A stretch of DNA of 45,979 nt, from contig JBGPXY010000003.1 in assembly GCA_041492985.1 (NCBI GenBank), positions 1-45,979 on the forward strand, read 5' to 3'. Below, one piece after another: positions 10,006-19,177 of the stretch; positions within the stretch are counted from its first letter, which is position 1; each line of letters opens with the position of its first letter. Under the pieces are notes generated by a model. It did no database searches, was not told where the DNA came from, and worked only from the letters and a program-made list of their open reading frames with translations. The translations under genes and the position numbers were made by a program. This DNA comes from Candidatus Eiseniibacteriota bacterium (lineage in GTDB: Bacteria > Eisenbacteria > RBG-16-71-46).

Positions 10006-10136
10006 GGCGCTATCGCGCGCGGATGGAGGCCGGAGCGGCGGTGGGGGGTCGCATGAGGTCCGCAAGGATACGGCCTGCTCACGGGCGTTGCCAGCCCGCG
10101 GGCGGACGGCCGAGCCCGGGGTCTCCCGGGTGTTCG

Positions 10137-11099
10137 CTAGCGGGTGTGGGTGAGCTCGAAGGCGACGCCCAGTGCCTGCGCCGCCTGCTCGCCCGCCTTG
10201 CGCGCTTCCGAGGAGCGTGGGTAGATCCCCAGCCGCACCGTGTGCACCGCGGCCAGGCCCTCACCGTGACTCACCACACGCGCGTCGACAAACCCCGCGG
10301 CGCGCGCCGCTGCCGCGAGCGAACGCGCCCGGCCCGGGTCCACGAACGAGCCGATCACCACCGCCACGGCGCCCGGGCGTGGCTCGACGGCCGTCCGGGC
10401 GTTGGCCGGCGCGAACACCGCGAGGCGGGCGGACGCCGCCTCCATGCTGCGCGGATAGCCGGCCAGCAGGCGTTCACGCATCCTGCGGGCCTGCTCCTCG
10501 CGGCCGTCGCGTTCCGCGAGTGCCGAGGCCCGCTCGAGCGCCGCCGCGCCGGCCTCGCCCGGGTCACCGGCGAGCAGAGCGGCGAGCGTCTCCGCGGCGC
10601 GATCCGGACGTCGCGCGACCTCCCAGGCCTGCGCCACGGCCAGCATCGCCGCGCCCCGACGCGGGCCCGCTCCATTCGCGACCTCTTCGAGTGCCGCGCG
10701 CGCCTGGTCGGGCTCCCCCAGGGCGAGCCATGAGAGTCCGGCGTTGTAGCGTGCGGCGGGCTTGCGGGCCGGGTCGAGCCGCGCCGCGGCGCGGGCGAAT
10801 GTCTCCGCCGCGCGCCGGTATTCCCCGCGCGCGTACTCGAGCTCTCCCAGGAGCAGCGCGGCCTCGGCCGCCTCCGGGGATCGCGCGTGATCGGCTTCGT
10901 AGCGCCGCAGCGGGCGCGCGAGGCTGTCGGCCGGGGTCGTGGCGAGCAGGGCCCGCAGCTCCGGCGGCTGGACCTCGGCGCGCGCCTCACGCGGCAGGGC
11001 GGCGATCAGGGCGGCGACCGTGAGCGCGGCCCCGAGGAGCGAGGCTCCTCGGGGGCGGGATGGACCCGGTCGCGCGATTTGGTCGGTGGCGATCTCCAT
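10137..11099 (-). CDS. Exported TPR-repeat + SPOR-domain protein
   Basis: N-terminal hydrophobic signal, TPR helices (AALLLGELEYARGEYRRAAETF), C-terminal SPOR (VVIGSFVDPGRA...VRLGIY). Confidence 0.8.
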   Translation of the reverse strand: MEIATDQIARPGPSRPRGASLLGAALTVAALIAALPREARAEVQPPELRALLATTPADSLARPLRRYEADHARSPEAAEAALLLGELEYARGEYRRAAETFARAAARLDPARKPAARYNAGLSWLALGEPDQARAALEEVANGAGPRRGAAMLAVAQAWEVARRPDRAAETLAALLAGDPGEAGAAALERASALAERDGREEQARRMRERLLAGYPRSMEAASARLAVFAPANARTAVEPRPGAVAVVIGSFVDPGRARSLAAAARAAGFVDARVVSHGEGLAAVHTVRLGIYPRSSEARKAGEQAAQALGVAFELTHTR

Positions 11100-11238
11100 G
11101 CGGCGGGACCTTAGCACGGGGCTCAGGCGAGGCGTGCCAATCGGCGAAATGGATGGAGCCGGGCGGGAACGATCCCGCCCGGCTCCAGGATCACGTCCGG
11201 CGGGCACCCGCCCCGCCGGCGCCGCGGAGGTCCCGACG

Positions 11239-13047
11239 CTACTCCTCCGGAACCACCTCGGCCTTCTCCTTCATCTTGGGCTCGGCCGGCTCCTCGACCG
11301 GAGGATTGGCCGCGATCTTGGCCCGCACCTGATTACGGCGCGAGGTCCACTCGGCGAGCGCGATGTCGTCCTGGTCCGCCAGCCACGCCTTCACGCTCAG
11401 GATCAGGCGGTGGTTGGGGACGTCGACCCGCGTCACCTTCATGGTCAGCTGCTCGGCCGTCTCGAACGCGTCGTTCGGCCGCTTGAGATCGTCGATGCCC
11501 AGCTGCGAGAGGGGGACGAACCCCTCGATGCCGTTGCCGAGGTCCACGATCGCGCCCCGGTCGAACAGCCGGTTGATCGTGCCCGAGAGCTCCATGCCGG
11601 GCGGGAACTGCTCGGCGAGCTGCGGCCACGGATCCTCACTCACCTGCTTGAGACCGAGGCTGATGCGCCGGTGTTCCTTGTCGATCGACAGGATCACCAC
11701 CTCGACCGTCTCGCCCTTCTTCAGCACCTCGCTGGGATGAGCGACCCGCTTGGTCCACGACATGTCCGACACGTGGACCAGTCCGTCGATGCCCTCCTCC
11801 AGCTCGACGAACGCGCCGAAGTTGGTCAGGTTGCGGACCTTGCCCTTGACCTTCATGCCGGGCGGGTACTTCTCGTCCAGCGTCAGCCACGGATCGGGCT
11901 CGATCTGCTTGAGGCCGAGCGAGATCTTCTCGTTGGCCTTGTCGACCTTGAGCACCACCGCCTCGATGATGTCGCCGATGTTGACCACCTTGGAGGGGTG
12001 GCGTACGTGCCGTGTCCAGGACATCTCGGAGACGTGGATCAGGCCCTCGACCCCGCGCTCGAGTTCGACGAACGCGCCGTAATCGGTGATCGAGACCACG
12101 CGGCCCTTGATGCGGTCGCCGATCTTGTACTTCTGGTCGACGCCCTCCCACGGGTAGGCATCGAGCTGCTTCAAGCCGAGCGAGATGCGCTCCTTCTCGG
12201 GGTCGAAGTTCAGCACCTTGACCCGCACCTTGTCGCCGATCTTCACCAGCTCCGAGGGGTGCGCCACGCGTCCCCACGACATGTCGGTGATGTGGAGGAG
12301 GCCATCGATGCCTCCGAGGTCGACGAACGCGCCGAAGTCGGTGATGTTCTTCACCACGCCCTCGCGGATCTGATCCTTCGCCAGGTCCTTGAGGATGGTC
12401 GCCTTCATGCGGTCGCGCTCCTGCTCGAGGACGGCGCGGCGCGAGACGACGATGTTCCGACGGCGCTTGTTGAGCTTGATGATCTTGACCGAGACGTTCT
12501 GGCCGAGCAGGTTGTCGACGTTCTGCACCTGGCGGAGCGCGATCTGCGAACCGGGCAGGAAGGCCTCCACCCCGTAGAGATCGACGACCACCCCGCCCTT
12601 GATCTTGCGGACCAGCCGTCCTTCGACCACCTCGCCGTTGTCGTGGGCTTCCTTCACCTTGTCCCAGACGCGCACGAAATCCGCGCGCTGCTTGGACAGC
12701 ACGACCAGGCCGTCCTGGTTCTCCATCTTCTCGAGGAAGACGTCGATGACCAGGCCGACCTTGATGCTGCTGGGGTCCGGGAATTCCGAGAGCGCGATGA
12801 CGCCTTCGCTCTTGAAGCCGACATCGACGAGCACTTCCTTGTCGTCCACGGCGAGCACCGTGCCGCGTACGATCTCGCCTTCGCCGAGCGAACGCAGCGA
12901 CTCCTCGTAGTGGCCGAACATCTCGGCCCGTCGCTCGGGGGTGAGCTCCTCCTCCTCGTCGTAGTTGAGGGGGACGGCGGGGAAGCCCATGGCCCGTGGC
13001 GGCGCATCCGGCACGGGGTTGAGGGTCTGTTCAGACGTGTCCAGCAT
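11239..13047 (-). CDS. rpsA: 30S ribosomal protein S1
   Basis: Six S1 repeats (VDVGFKSEG, AFLPGSQ, DFGAFVDLGGIDGLLHITDMSW, etc.). Confidence 0.97.
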   Translation of the reverse strand: MLDTSEQTLNPVPDAPPRAMGFPAVPLNYDEEEELTPERRAEMFGHYEESLRSLGEGEIVRGTVLAVDDKEVLVDVGFKSEGVIALSEFPDPSSIKVGLVIDVFLEKMENQDGLVVLSKQRADFVRVWDKVKEAHDNGEVVEGRLVRKIKGGVVVDLYGVEAFLPGSQIALRQVQNVDNLLGQNVSVKIIKLNKRRRNIVVSRRAVLEQERDRMKATILKDLAKDQIREGVVKNITDFGAFVDLGGIDGLLHITDMSWGRVAHPSELVKIGDKVRVKVLNFDPEKERISLGLKQLDAYPWEGVDQKYKIGDRIKGRVVSITDYGAFVELERGVEGLIHVSEMSWTRHVRHPSKVVNIGDIIEAVVLKVDKANEKISLGLKQIEPDPWLTLDEKYPPGMKVKGKVRNLTNFGAFVELEEGIDGLVHVSDMSWTKRVAHPSEVLKKGETVEVVILSIDKEHRRISLGLKQVSEDPWPQLAEQFPPGMELSGTINRLFDRGAIVDLGNGIEGFVPLSQLGIDDLKRPNDAFETAEQLTMKVTRVDVPNHRLILSVKAWLADQDDIALAEWTSRRNQVRAKIAANPPVEEPAEPKMKEKAEVVPEE

Positions 13048-13090
13048 GAACGGGGTGCCTCCTTGTGTGTATCGAGATAGGGGACGCCGT

Positions 13091-13738
13091 CTAGGCCGCC
13101 CCGCGTGATGCCTCGGTGCGCTGACCGGTGCGGAGGATCGCGATCTCCTGCATCACCGCCTCGCCGACGCGCTGGTAGAGCGCGCGGCCCGGCGTGAGAT
13201 CGGTCTCCCCTCCGGCCAGTTCCTGCCACGACCGCGCGGGGCCGAACCACAGCCGTACGCGCGTGCCGCGATACCACCACTCTCGCTGGCGATCGCTCCC
13301 CGAGATGAAGCACGGGACGATGGGGACGTCGGCGTGCACCGCCATCAGCCCCACCCCCGGACGCGCCGGGTGCAATGCCCCGTCCTGCATGCGGCCCCCT
13401 TCCGGGAACATCAGCAGGGCGGCACCAGCTTTCAGCCGTTCCACGGCCCGCGACAATCCGCTCAGGTCCGCCACTCCCCGACGGATCGGGATGGCGTTGA
13501 CCGAACGCAGCAGCGGCCCCAGCACCGGCGAACGCAGGAGGTCTTCCCGGGTCAGGAAGCACAGCTCGCGCGGCACGGCGGCGCCGATCAGCGGAGGGTC
13601 TAAGAACGAGATGTGATTCGAGGCCACGATCACCCCGCCACTGCGGGGGATGTGATGACGGCCCCGTACCTCCCATCCCGTCAGGATCCGGCTGCAACCG
13701 CTGGCGAAAAGCCGGGCAGCACTATAATACGGACCCAC
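13091..13738 (-). CDS. plsC: 1-acyl-sn-glycerol-3-phosphate acyltransferase
   Basis: SNHISFLD (HX4D) and FPEGGR motifs; typical cmk-plsC-rpsA context. Confidence 0.9.
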   Translation of the reverse strand: MGPYYSAARLFASGCSRILTGWEVRGRHHIPRSGGVIVASNHISFLDPPLIGAAVPRELCFLTREDLLRSPVLGPLLRSVNAIPIRRGVADLSGLSRAVERLKAGAALLMFPEGGRMQDGALHPARPGVGLMAVHADVPIVPCFISGSDRQREWWYRGTRVRLWFGPARSWQELAGGETDLTPGRALYQRVGEAVMQEIAILRTGQRTEASRGAA

Positions 13739-13746
13739 GAAATCTC

Positions 13747-14496
13747 CTAGCCGGGACCGGCGCCGGCACCGGGGGTCCCGGACGCCCGGGGCGCCCCACC
13801 GACCGGACCGTGCGCGACACCGGCCGGGCAGGCCGGGTGCGCTCGGACCACGGCCAGCACCACCTGGATCTGCTCCTCGATGGTGAGCACCGAGGTGTTC
13901 ACCACCCGGGCCCCCGCCGGGATCTGGAGCGGGCTGTCGGCGCGCCCGCGATCGCGCTCGTCCCGCCGGGCGAGTTCCTCGCGCACCTGATCGATCGCCA
14001 CGGGGATGCCGAGGCGCCCCAGCTCGTCCGCCCGGCGGCTCGCGCGCGTGTCGAGGTCGGCATCCAGGTAAACCTTCACCTCCGCGTCCGGGAACACCAC
14101 GGTGCCGAGATCCCGCCCCTCGGCCACCAGGGAGCCGCGCTCGCTCAGCGCACGCTGGATCTCCACCAGCCGTCGCCGGACCGGTGACTGCGCCGCCAGC
14201 CGCGAGGCCAGCTCGCTCACTTCGGGGGTGCGGATCGCCTCGCTCACCTCCGTGCCGTCGAGCCAGACGTGGGCGTGCTCCGGCGAGCCGGAGAGGGCCA
14301 CCTGGGTCTCACGGGCGCAGCGCTCGACCGCGGCCGGATCGTCGGGGGGCACACCGCCGTTGCGCACCTTGAGGGCGAGCGCCCGGTAGAGTGCGCCGGT
14401 ATCTACGTAGAGGAAGCCCAGCCGCGAGGCGACCGCGCGCGCGGTGGTGCTCTTCCCCGCCCCCGCCGGACCGTCGATGGTGACCACGAAGCTCAT
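13747..14496 (-). CDS. cmk: Cytidylate kinase
   Basis: TIDGPAGAGKST, DTGALYRA, EGRDLGTVVFPDA, RDERD; ATG overlaps the aroA stop. Confidence 0.95.
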   Translation of the reverse strand: MSFVVTIDGPAGAGKSTTARAVASRLGFLYVDTGALYRALALKVRNGGVPPDDPAAVERCARETQVALSGSPEHAHVWLDGTEVSEAIRTPEVSELASRLAAQSPVRRRLVEIQRALSERGSLVAEGRDLGTVVFPDAEVKVYLDADLDTRASRRADELGRLGIPVAIDQVREELARRDERDRGRADSPLQIPAGARVVNTSVLTIEEQIQVVLAVVRAHPACPAGVAHGPVGGAPRASGTPGAGAGPG

Positions 14497-15854
14497 GGGA
14501 TGCGCACCGTTGTTGCGCTCTCGATGTCGCCACCCAGCGCCGCGAGGTGGAGGACGAAGTCGGGATAGGAGGTCGGGATGCCCCCCGCGCCCGCCACCGT
14601 GATCGGTGCCGAGGCGCGCGCGCCCAGCGTGGCGAAGGCCATGGCGATGCGATGATCGTCGTCGGCCTCGACCGTGCCCCCGCCGACCGGTCCCCCGGTG
14701 ATGGCGAGCCCCTCGGGGGCTTCCTCGACCCGTACACCCAGGCGGGCGAGATTCCCGACCAGGAGCGACAGCCGGTCGCTCTCCTTCACGCGGAGCTCGG
14801 CGGCGCCGCGGAGGTGCGAGGTGCCCCCCGCGACGCTGGCGGCGATCATCCAGGCCGGCACCTCGTCGATCAGGGACGGCACCTCGGCGGGCTCGATGTC
14901 GCAGGCGGCGAGTCGTGCCGGGCCGGTCACGGTGACATCGCCGACCGGCTCGCCGCCCTCCTCGCGCAGCCGCGAGCGTTCGATCCCGGCGCCCATCCGC
15001 TCGAGCACGGCGAGCAGACCGGTGCGGGTCGGGTTGAGATTCACATCGCGTGCCGTCACCCGGGCGTGCGGGGTCGCGGCCGCCGCGGCCAGGAAGAACG
15101 CGGCGGCGGAGAAGTCCCCGGGGATCCGCAGCCGGGTGCCGGTCGGCCGCGCCGGTCCCTCGACGGCGATCGCCACGCCGCCCGACCGGTCGGATCCGGG
15201 ACGACCGGGGGTCACCGTCACCGGGATGCCGAACGCTCGCAGCATCCGCTCGGTGTGGTCGCGTGCCGGCGCCGGCAGCTCCACGACCGTGCGGCCGGAC
15301 GCGAACAGGCCGGCGAGGAGTACGCACGAGGCGACCTGCGCGCTGGCGATCGGGAGTCGGTAGTCGATCGCCCGCAGCCGGGCGCCGCGGATGGCGAGCG
15401 GCGGCAGTCGGTCGCCGTCCCGTGCCCAGAGCTGGGCCCCCATGCGGCGCAAGGGCTCGATCACGCGCGCCACCGGGCGACGCCTCAGGGAGGCGTCGCC
15501 GGTCAGCACCGAGAAGAAGTCCTGTCCCGCCAGAGGGCCCGAGAGCAACCGCAGGGTGGTGCCGGAATTCCCACAGTCGAGCACGCGATCCGGCTCGCGC
15601 AGCTCCATGTCGCGGCCGGCGATGGTGACGGTGCCGTCGCGACGCGCGACCTGGGCTCCCAGGTGTTCCACGCAGGCGAGGGTCGCCTCCGCATCGGCGC
15701 CCGGGTTCGCGTTCTCCACCACCGTCTCCCCACGGGCCAGCAGCCCGAGCAGGTAGGCTCGATGGGTGATGGACTTGTCGCCCGGCGGGACGAAGGTCCC
15801 CGCGATCGGTCGGCCCGGCCGCACGGTGAGACGCGCGCCCGGCAGCGGCGCCAT
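14493..15854 (-). CDS. aroA: 3-phosphoshikimate 1-carboxyvinyltransferase (EPSP synthase)
   Basis: PGDKSITHR, CGNSGTT, SAQV, RDHTERML, LRVKESDRL, DHRIAM. Confidence 0.96.
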   Translation of the reverse strand: MAPLPGARLTVRPGRPIAGTFVPPGDKSITHRAYLLGLLARGETVVENANPGADAEATLACVEHLGAQVARRDGTVTIAGRDMELREPDRVLDCGNSGTTLRLLSGPLAGQDFFSVLTGDASLRRRPVARVIEPLRRMGAQLWARDGDRLPPLAIRGARLRAIDYRLPIASAQVASCVLLAGLFASGRTVVELPAPARDHTERMLRAFGIPVTVTPGRPGSDRSGGVAIAVEGPARPTGTRLRIPGDFSAAAFFLAAAAATPHARVTARDVNLNPTRTGLLAVLERMGAGIERSRLREEGGEPVGDVTVTGPARLAACDIEPAEVPSLIDEVPAWMIAASVAGGTSHLRGAAELRVKESDRLSLLVGNLARLGVRVEEAPEGLAITGGPVGGGTVEADDDHRIAMAFATLGARASAPITVAGAGGIPTSYPDFVLHLAALGGDIESATTVRIP

Positions 15855-15856
15855 GG

Positions 15857-16399
15857 CTAGTGGACGGTGCGGCGCTTCCGCGTGCCGGCGCGGCGGGTCG
15901 CCGCGGACCCGGTCGCCGTGCCGGTGCGCGGGGTCCGCGTGGTGCGCGTCGTGCGGGCGGAGGGCGTGCGCCGTCTTGCGGACGGGCGCGCGGTGGTCCG
16001 CAGGGCCTGCAGATTGCGCCACACGACGTAGTCGTCGAGGATCTCCCGCGCCTGGGATTCCAGCCCGAGGAAGCTGCAGGCGAGCTCGTAGGCGCGGTCC
16101 CGCTTGGGCCCTTCACCCCCCTGGCAGCGCACCACCACGCCCTCGCACTTGACCAGCCGCTGCCGGGCGTTCCGGCCGGGGACCTCGGGAAGCACGATCG
16201 TCAACGCCACCTTGGAGAGCGGGGCGAGGTAGTGCGGCGAGAAGCAATACACGCCGCTCCCCGAGATGTTGCGGCTCTCGGTCACGATCGGCGTCAGCGC
16301 GCCGTCCGAGCTTCCGCCCTCGACCCGCATGCTCAGCTGCGCGTCGGCGCGTGACATCCGGCGCCGTTCCCTCCTGCGCACCGTCTTCTTCGGCGGCAT
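15857..16399 (-). CDS. PilZ-domain (c-di-GMP-binding) protein with a basic low-complexity tail
   Basis: ERRRMSR (RxxxR) and NISGSG ([D/N]xSxxG), beta-barrel pattern CEGVVVRC; TGATG overlap with the rnr stop. Confidence 0.75.
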   Translation of the reverse strand: MPPKKTVRRRERRRMSRADAQLSMRVEGGSSDGALTPIVTESRNISGSGVYCFSPHYLAPLSKVALTIVLPEVPGRNARQRLVKCEGVVVRCQGGEGPKRDRAYELACSFLGLESQAREILDDYVVWRNLQALRTTARPSARRRTPSARTTRTTRTPRTGTATGSAATRRAGTRKRRTVH

Positions 16400-17940
16400 C
16401 AACCCCTCCCGTGATGGCGGCGACGGCGTCGCCGCTCCGGAACCCAGAGCGCAAGGTCGCATTCCCGCGCCAGGACGTCCACCCGGGCGATGATCACCCG
16501 CACGGCATCGCCCAGGCTGAATCGGCGGCGCGTGTGGCGCCCCGTCATCCGGACCCCGGCGGGGTCCAGCATGAAACGGTCGTCGAGATACTCCGCGACC
16601 CTCACGAACCCTTCCGCCGGATCATCGTCGAGCTCGACGAAGAACCCCGCCGGAACGAACCCGGTGATGATACCCGATGCCTCCTCCCCGAGTCGCCCCT
16701 CGAGAAGTCTCAGGCTCTTCACCTTCACCGCCTCGCGCTCCGCCTCCGTTGCGTTCTGCTCGTTCCCGGTGCAACGCTCGGCGAGACCCTGCAGCGCGTG
16801 CGGATCCCAGGCGGCGTTTCGTCGCGCGCGGATCCACTCGCGCACACGGCGGTGGTTGTGGAGGTCGGGATAGCGGCGGATCGGCGAGGTGAAGTGACAG
16901 TACTCGCGGGTGGCGAGGCCGAAATGACCGCTGTCCCGTTCCAGGTAGCAGGCACGCATGAGCGTGCGCAGCACCAGGCGATGCAGCAACCGTCGCCGCG
17001 CCGGATCGAGAGGGGTGCGCAGCACGGCCTGCAGCGCCCGCGCCGGGTCCGAGAGGTCGCCGGGACGCGGGAGCCCCAGCGTCTTCAGCATGAGGTCCAG
17101 CTCGGAGAGCTTGCGCGCCGAGGGTGGCTCGTGGATCCGATAGAGCAGGCCGCTCCGCCGCTTCGCCCCTTCACCGCCGACGCAACGGTTGGCGAGCAGC
17201 ATGAATTCCTCGATCAGCTCGTGGCTCTCGAGATGGGGCCGTCGTTCGAGCCGGACCACGCGTCCGTGCTCGTCCACCCACGCCTTCACCTCCGGGACGT
17301 CGAGATCGAGCGCGCCCGCCGCGAGCCGGCGTGAGCGCAGCGCCCGGGCGATCGTCACGAGCCGCTCCAGGGCCCGTTGGAGTTCGTCCGGCAGGATCAC
17401 CCGCCCCTCGATCGCCTCCTGCACTTGCCCGTAGTGCAGGCGGTGACGGCTGCGGATGACGCTCTCCTCGAAGCGACACCCGTGCAAACCGCCGTGTCCA
17501 TCGAGCGTGACGATGACCGAGAGGGCGAGCCGGTCGAGGTCGGGCCGCAGGGAGCACAGGTCGGCCGAGAGCCGCTCCGGCAGCATCGGTACCACTCCAC
17601 CCGGCAGGTAGACGCTGGTGCCGCGCCGTTCCGCCTCGTGGTCGAGCGCCGAGCCGGCGGTGACGTAGTGCGAGACGTCGGCGATGTGGATGCCGACCTC
17701 CCACCGGTCACCACCCAGGCCGCGCACCGAGAGCGCGTCATCGTGGTCGCGGGCATCCTCGGGGTCGATCGTGAAGGCGAGCTGCTCGCGCAGGTCCAGT
17801 CGCCCGCGACGCTCCGCCGCCCCGGGCGGGCCGAACGCCGCGGCCTCGGCTTCGGCCGCGCGCGGGAATCGCGTCGGCAGCCGGTACTGGGACATGATGG
17901 TGTGATCGTCCCATTCCGGGCGGGCCTCCGCGCCCAGCAC
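16399..17940 (-). CDS. rnr: RNase R / RNB-family 3'-5' exoribonuclease (frame stays open and looks coding to about 18114)
   Basis: FTIDPEDARDHDDAL, HIADV, RGTSVY, LIEEFMLLAN, HFTSPIRRYPDL, C-terminal S1 domain and basic tail. Confidence 0.9.
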   Translation of the reverse strand: MLGAEARPEWDDHTIMSQYRLPTRFPRAAEAEAAAFGPPGAAERRGRLDLREQLAFTIDPEDARDHDDALSVRGLGGDRWEVGIHIADVSHYVTAGSALDHEAERRGTSVYLPGGVVPMLPERLSADLCSLRPDLDRLALSVIVTLDGHGGLHGCRFEESVIRSRHRLHYGQVQEAIEGRVILPDELQRALERLVTIARALRSRRLAAGALDLDVPEVKAWVDEHGRVVRLERRPHLESHELIEEFMLLANRCVGGEGAKRRSGLLYRIHEPPSARKLSELDLMLKTLGLPRPGDLSDPARALQAVLRTPLDPARRRLLHRLVLRTLMRACYLERDSGHFGLATREYCHFTSPIRRYPDLHNHRRVREWIRARRNAAWDPHALQGLAERCTGNEQNATEAEREAVKVKSLRLLEGRLGEEASGIITGFVPAGFFVELDDDPAEGFVRVAEYLDDRFMLDPAGVRMTGRHTRRRFSLGDAVRVIIARVDVLARECDLALWVPERRRRRRHHGRG

Positions 17941-18142
17941 CTCGATCAGGTGCGCGGGCCCATCGTCGGGGACCTCGGCGATGCAGTAGTCGCCGTCCTC
18001 GGGCGCGTGCCGCCCGTGCCAGACCAGCTCGCGGCGCCCGCCTCGCCAGCGGCGCGCCGGGTCGAATGTCCAGCGGCCGCGCGCCAGGTGCGCGCGGCCG
18101 AGGAGACGCCTGACCGGTGGTTCGGATTCCCGGGGCGCCGGG

Positions 18143-18238
18143 TTAGCGGATGCGCTTCTTATGGCGATTCTTCCGGAGACGCTTCTTCCGTTTGTGGGTG
18201 GCGATCTTCTTCCGCTTCCGCTTCTTTCCGGAACCCAT
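18143..18238 (-). CDS. Small basic protein, bS22 / AURKAIP1-COX24 (mS38-like) family
   Basis: Read manually: MGSGKKRKRKKIATHKRKKRLRKNRHKKRIR* (31 aa), GAGGAG RBS; matches the family pattern MxSGKKRKRxKxATHKRKKRxRxNRHKK. Confidence 0.85.
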   Translation of the reverse strand: MGSGKKRKRKKIATHKRKKRLRKNRHKKRIR

Positions 18239-18262
18239 GGATTCTCCTCGTGGTGTCGGTCG

Positions 18263-18580
18263 CTACGACGCGACCGGCTCGGGGGTCGGCGTTTGGACCT
18301 CCGCCTCCCCCATGACCTGGGCCTTCAGCTCCTTGCTGGGCTTGTAGACCGGTACGAGCTTGGCGGGCACCATGACCTCGGAGCCGCTGCGCGGATTGCG
18401 CGCGCGCCGCGCCCGCCGCTCCCGCACCTTGAAGGTGCCGAAGCCGCGGATCTCGAGATGCTTGCCGTCGCTGAGCGCGCGGCAGACGGCATCCAGCATG
18501 CCGTCGACGATCACCGCCGTGTGATTCTTCGATACCCCCGTCTGAGCCGCGATCTCCTCCACCAGATCCGCTTTGGTCAT
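18263..18580 (-). CDS. HU / IHF-beta family DNA-binding protein
   Basis: MTKADLVEEIA...LEIRGFGTF...ARNPRSG...VYKPSKELK; GGAGG RBS. Confidence 0.93.
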   Translation of the reverse strand: MTKADLVEEIAAQTGVSKNHTAVIVDGMLDAVCRALSDGKHLEIRGFGTFKVRERRARRARNPRSGSEVMVPAKLVPVYKPSKELKAQVMGEAEVQTPTPEPVAS

Positions 18581-18599
18581 GGTGACGCCTCCCGGTTGG

Positions 18600-18824
18600 A
18601 GCGTTGACAGGACCTCGATCCGCGCGGCTCGCGCACTCGGCGGAGCCGCTCCGCCGTGGCGTCGATACCTCGACCTGCGGCCTCTCCACGACCCGCGTGG
18701 AGGGCGGCCGTTCGGCCCGCGCGGCACCGCACCGGGGGACGTGCGGAGTCGCGCGATCGGCACGCGAGACCAGGGCCTCGAAACGTCCGCCGCCCGCTGC
18801 GCGGCGGAACGCGAACATCGGCAT
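18600..18824 (-). pseudogene. Degenerate FmdB-family zinc-ribbon ORF remnant (end approximate)
   Basis: MPMFAFRRAAGGGRFEALV...TPHVPRCGAARAERPPST follows the FmdB pattern MPxYEYxCxxCGxxFE...CPxCGS..xxRxxS with 3 of 4 Cys lost; no stop before the HU gene. Confidence 0.4.
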
Positions 18825-18854
18825 CGTTCAACATCGGATACGACGACCACCGGT

Positions 18855-18863
18855 AATCTAGCA
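18855..18863 (-). promoter_or_regulatory. Extended -10 promoter upstream of the HU/bS22/rnr block
   Basis: TGcTAGATT on the minus strand; no clear -35. Confidence 0.35.
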
Positions 18864-18907
18864 TGGGGCGGCCGAGTTCGTCGCCTGCTTCACGCCCGGA
18901 CCCTCCC

Positions 18908-19177
18908 TCATCCCTTCGCCACCTCGTCCACCACCCCCACCACCACCGTCCGCACCGGCCCGCGCGGCCGTTCGAGCGCCTGCGCGGCGCCATTGCCTTC
19001 ATCGATCACCAGCACGTGATCGCCGACGCCGGCGTCCACCACGTCGACCGCGATGGTCACGCGGCCGGTCGGGACACCTTCGCCGGTGAGGGGTTGCACC
19101 AGGAGCAGCTTGCGATTCTCCAGCGCCGGGTGCTTGACGGTCGCGACCACGTCCCCCACCACTCGGCCGAGGAACAT
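18908..19177 (-). CDS. BMC vertex protein (BMC-P, EutN/CcmL family)
   Basis: MFLGRVVGDVVATVKH...KLLLVQP...AVDVVDAGVGD...VVGVVD. Confidence 0.93.
   Translation of the reverse strand: MFLGRVVGDVVATVKHPALENRKLLLVQPLTGEGVPTGRVTIAVDVVDAGVGDHVLVIDEGNGAAQALERPRGPVRTVVVGVVDEVAKG

Noticed and set aside
11126-11141. sigma54 promoter before TPR-SPOR (TTGGCACG)
   Set aside because: The -12 TTGC/GC element is absent at the required spacing
11239-13047. Repeated DNA words (e.g. GACGAACGCGCCG) suggesting a repeat array
   Set aside because: They encode the tandem S1 domains of RpsA; not CRISPR or mobile repeats
13747-16116. AroA-Cmk or other fusions implied by long track ORFs (also 19461-21080, 37215-39275, 40048-41175)
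   Set aside because: The N-terminal extensions are off-frame read-through of upstream genes; each real gene has its own start overlapping or close to the previous stop
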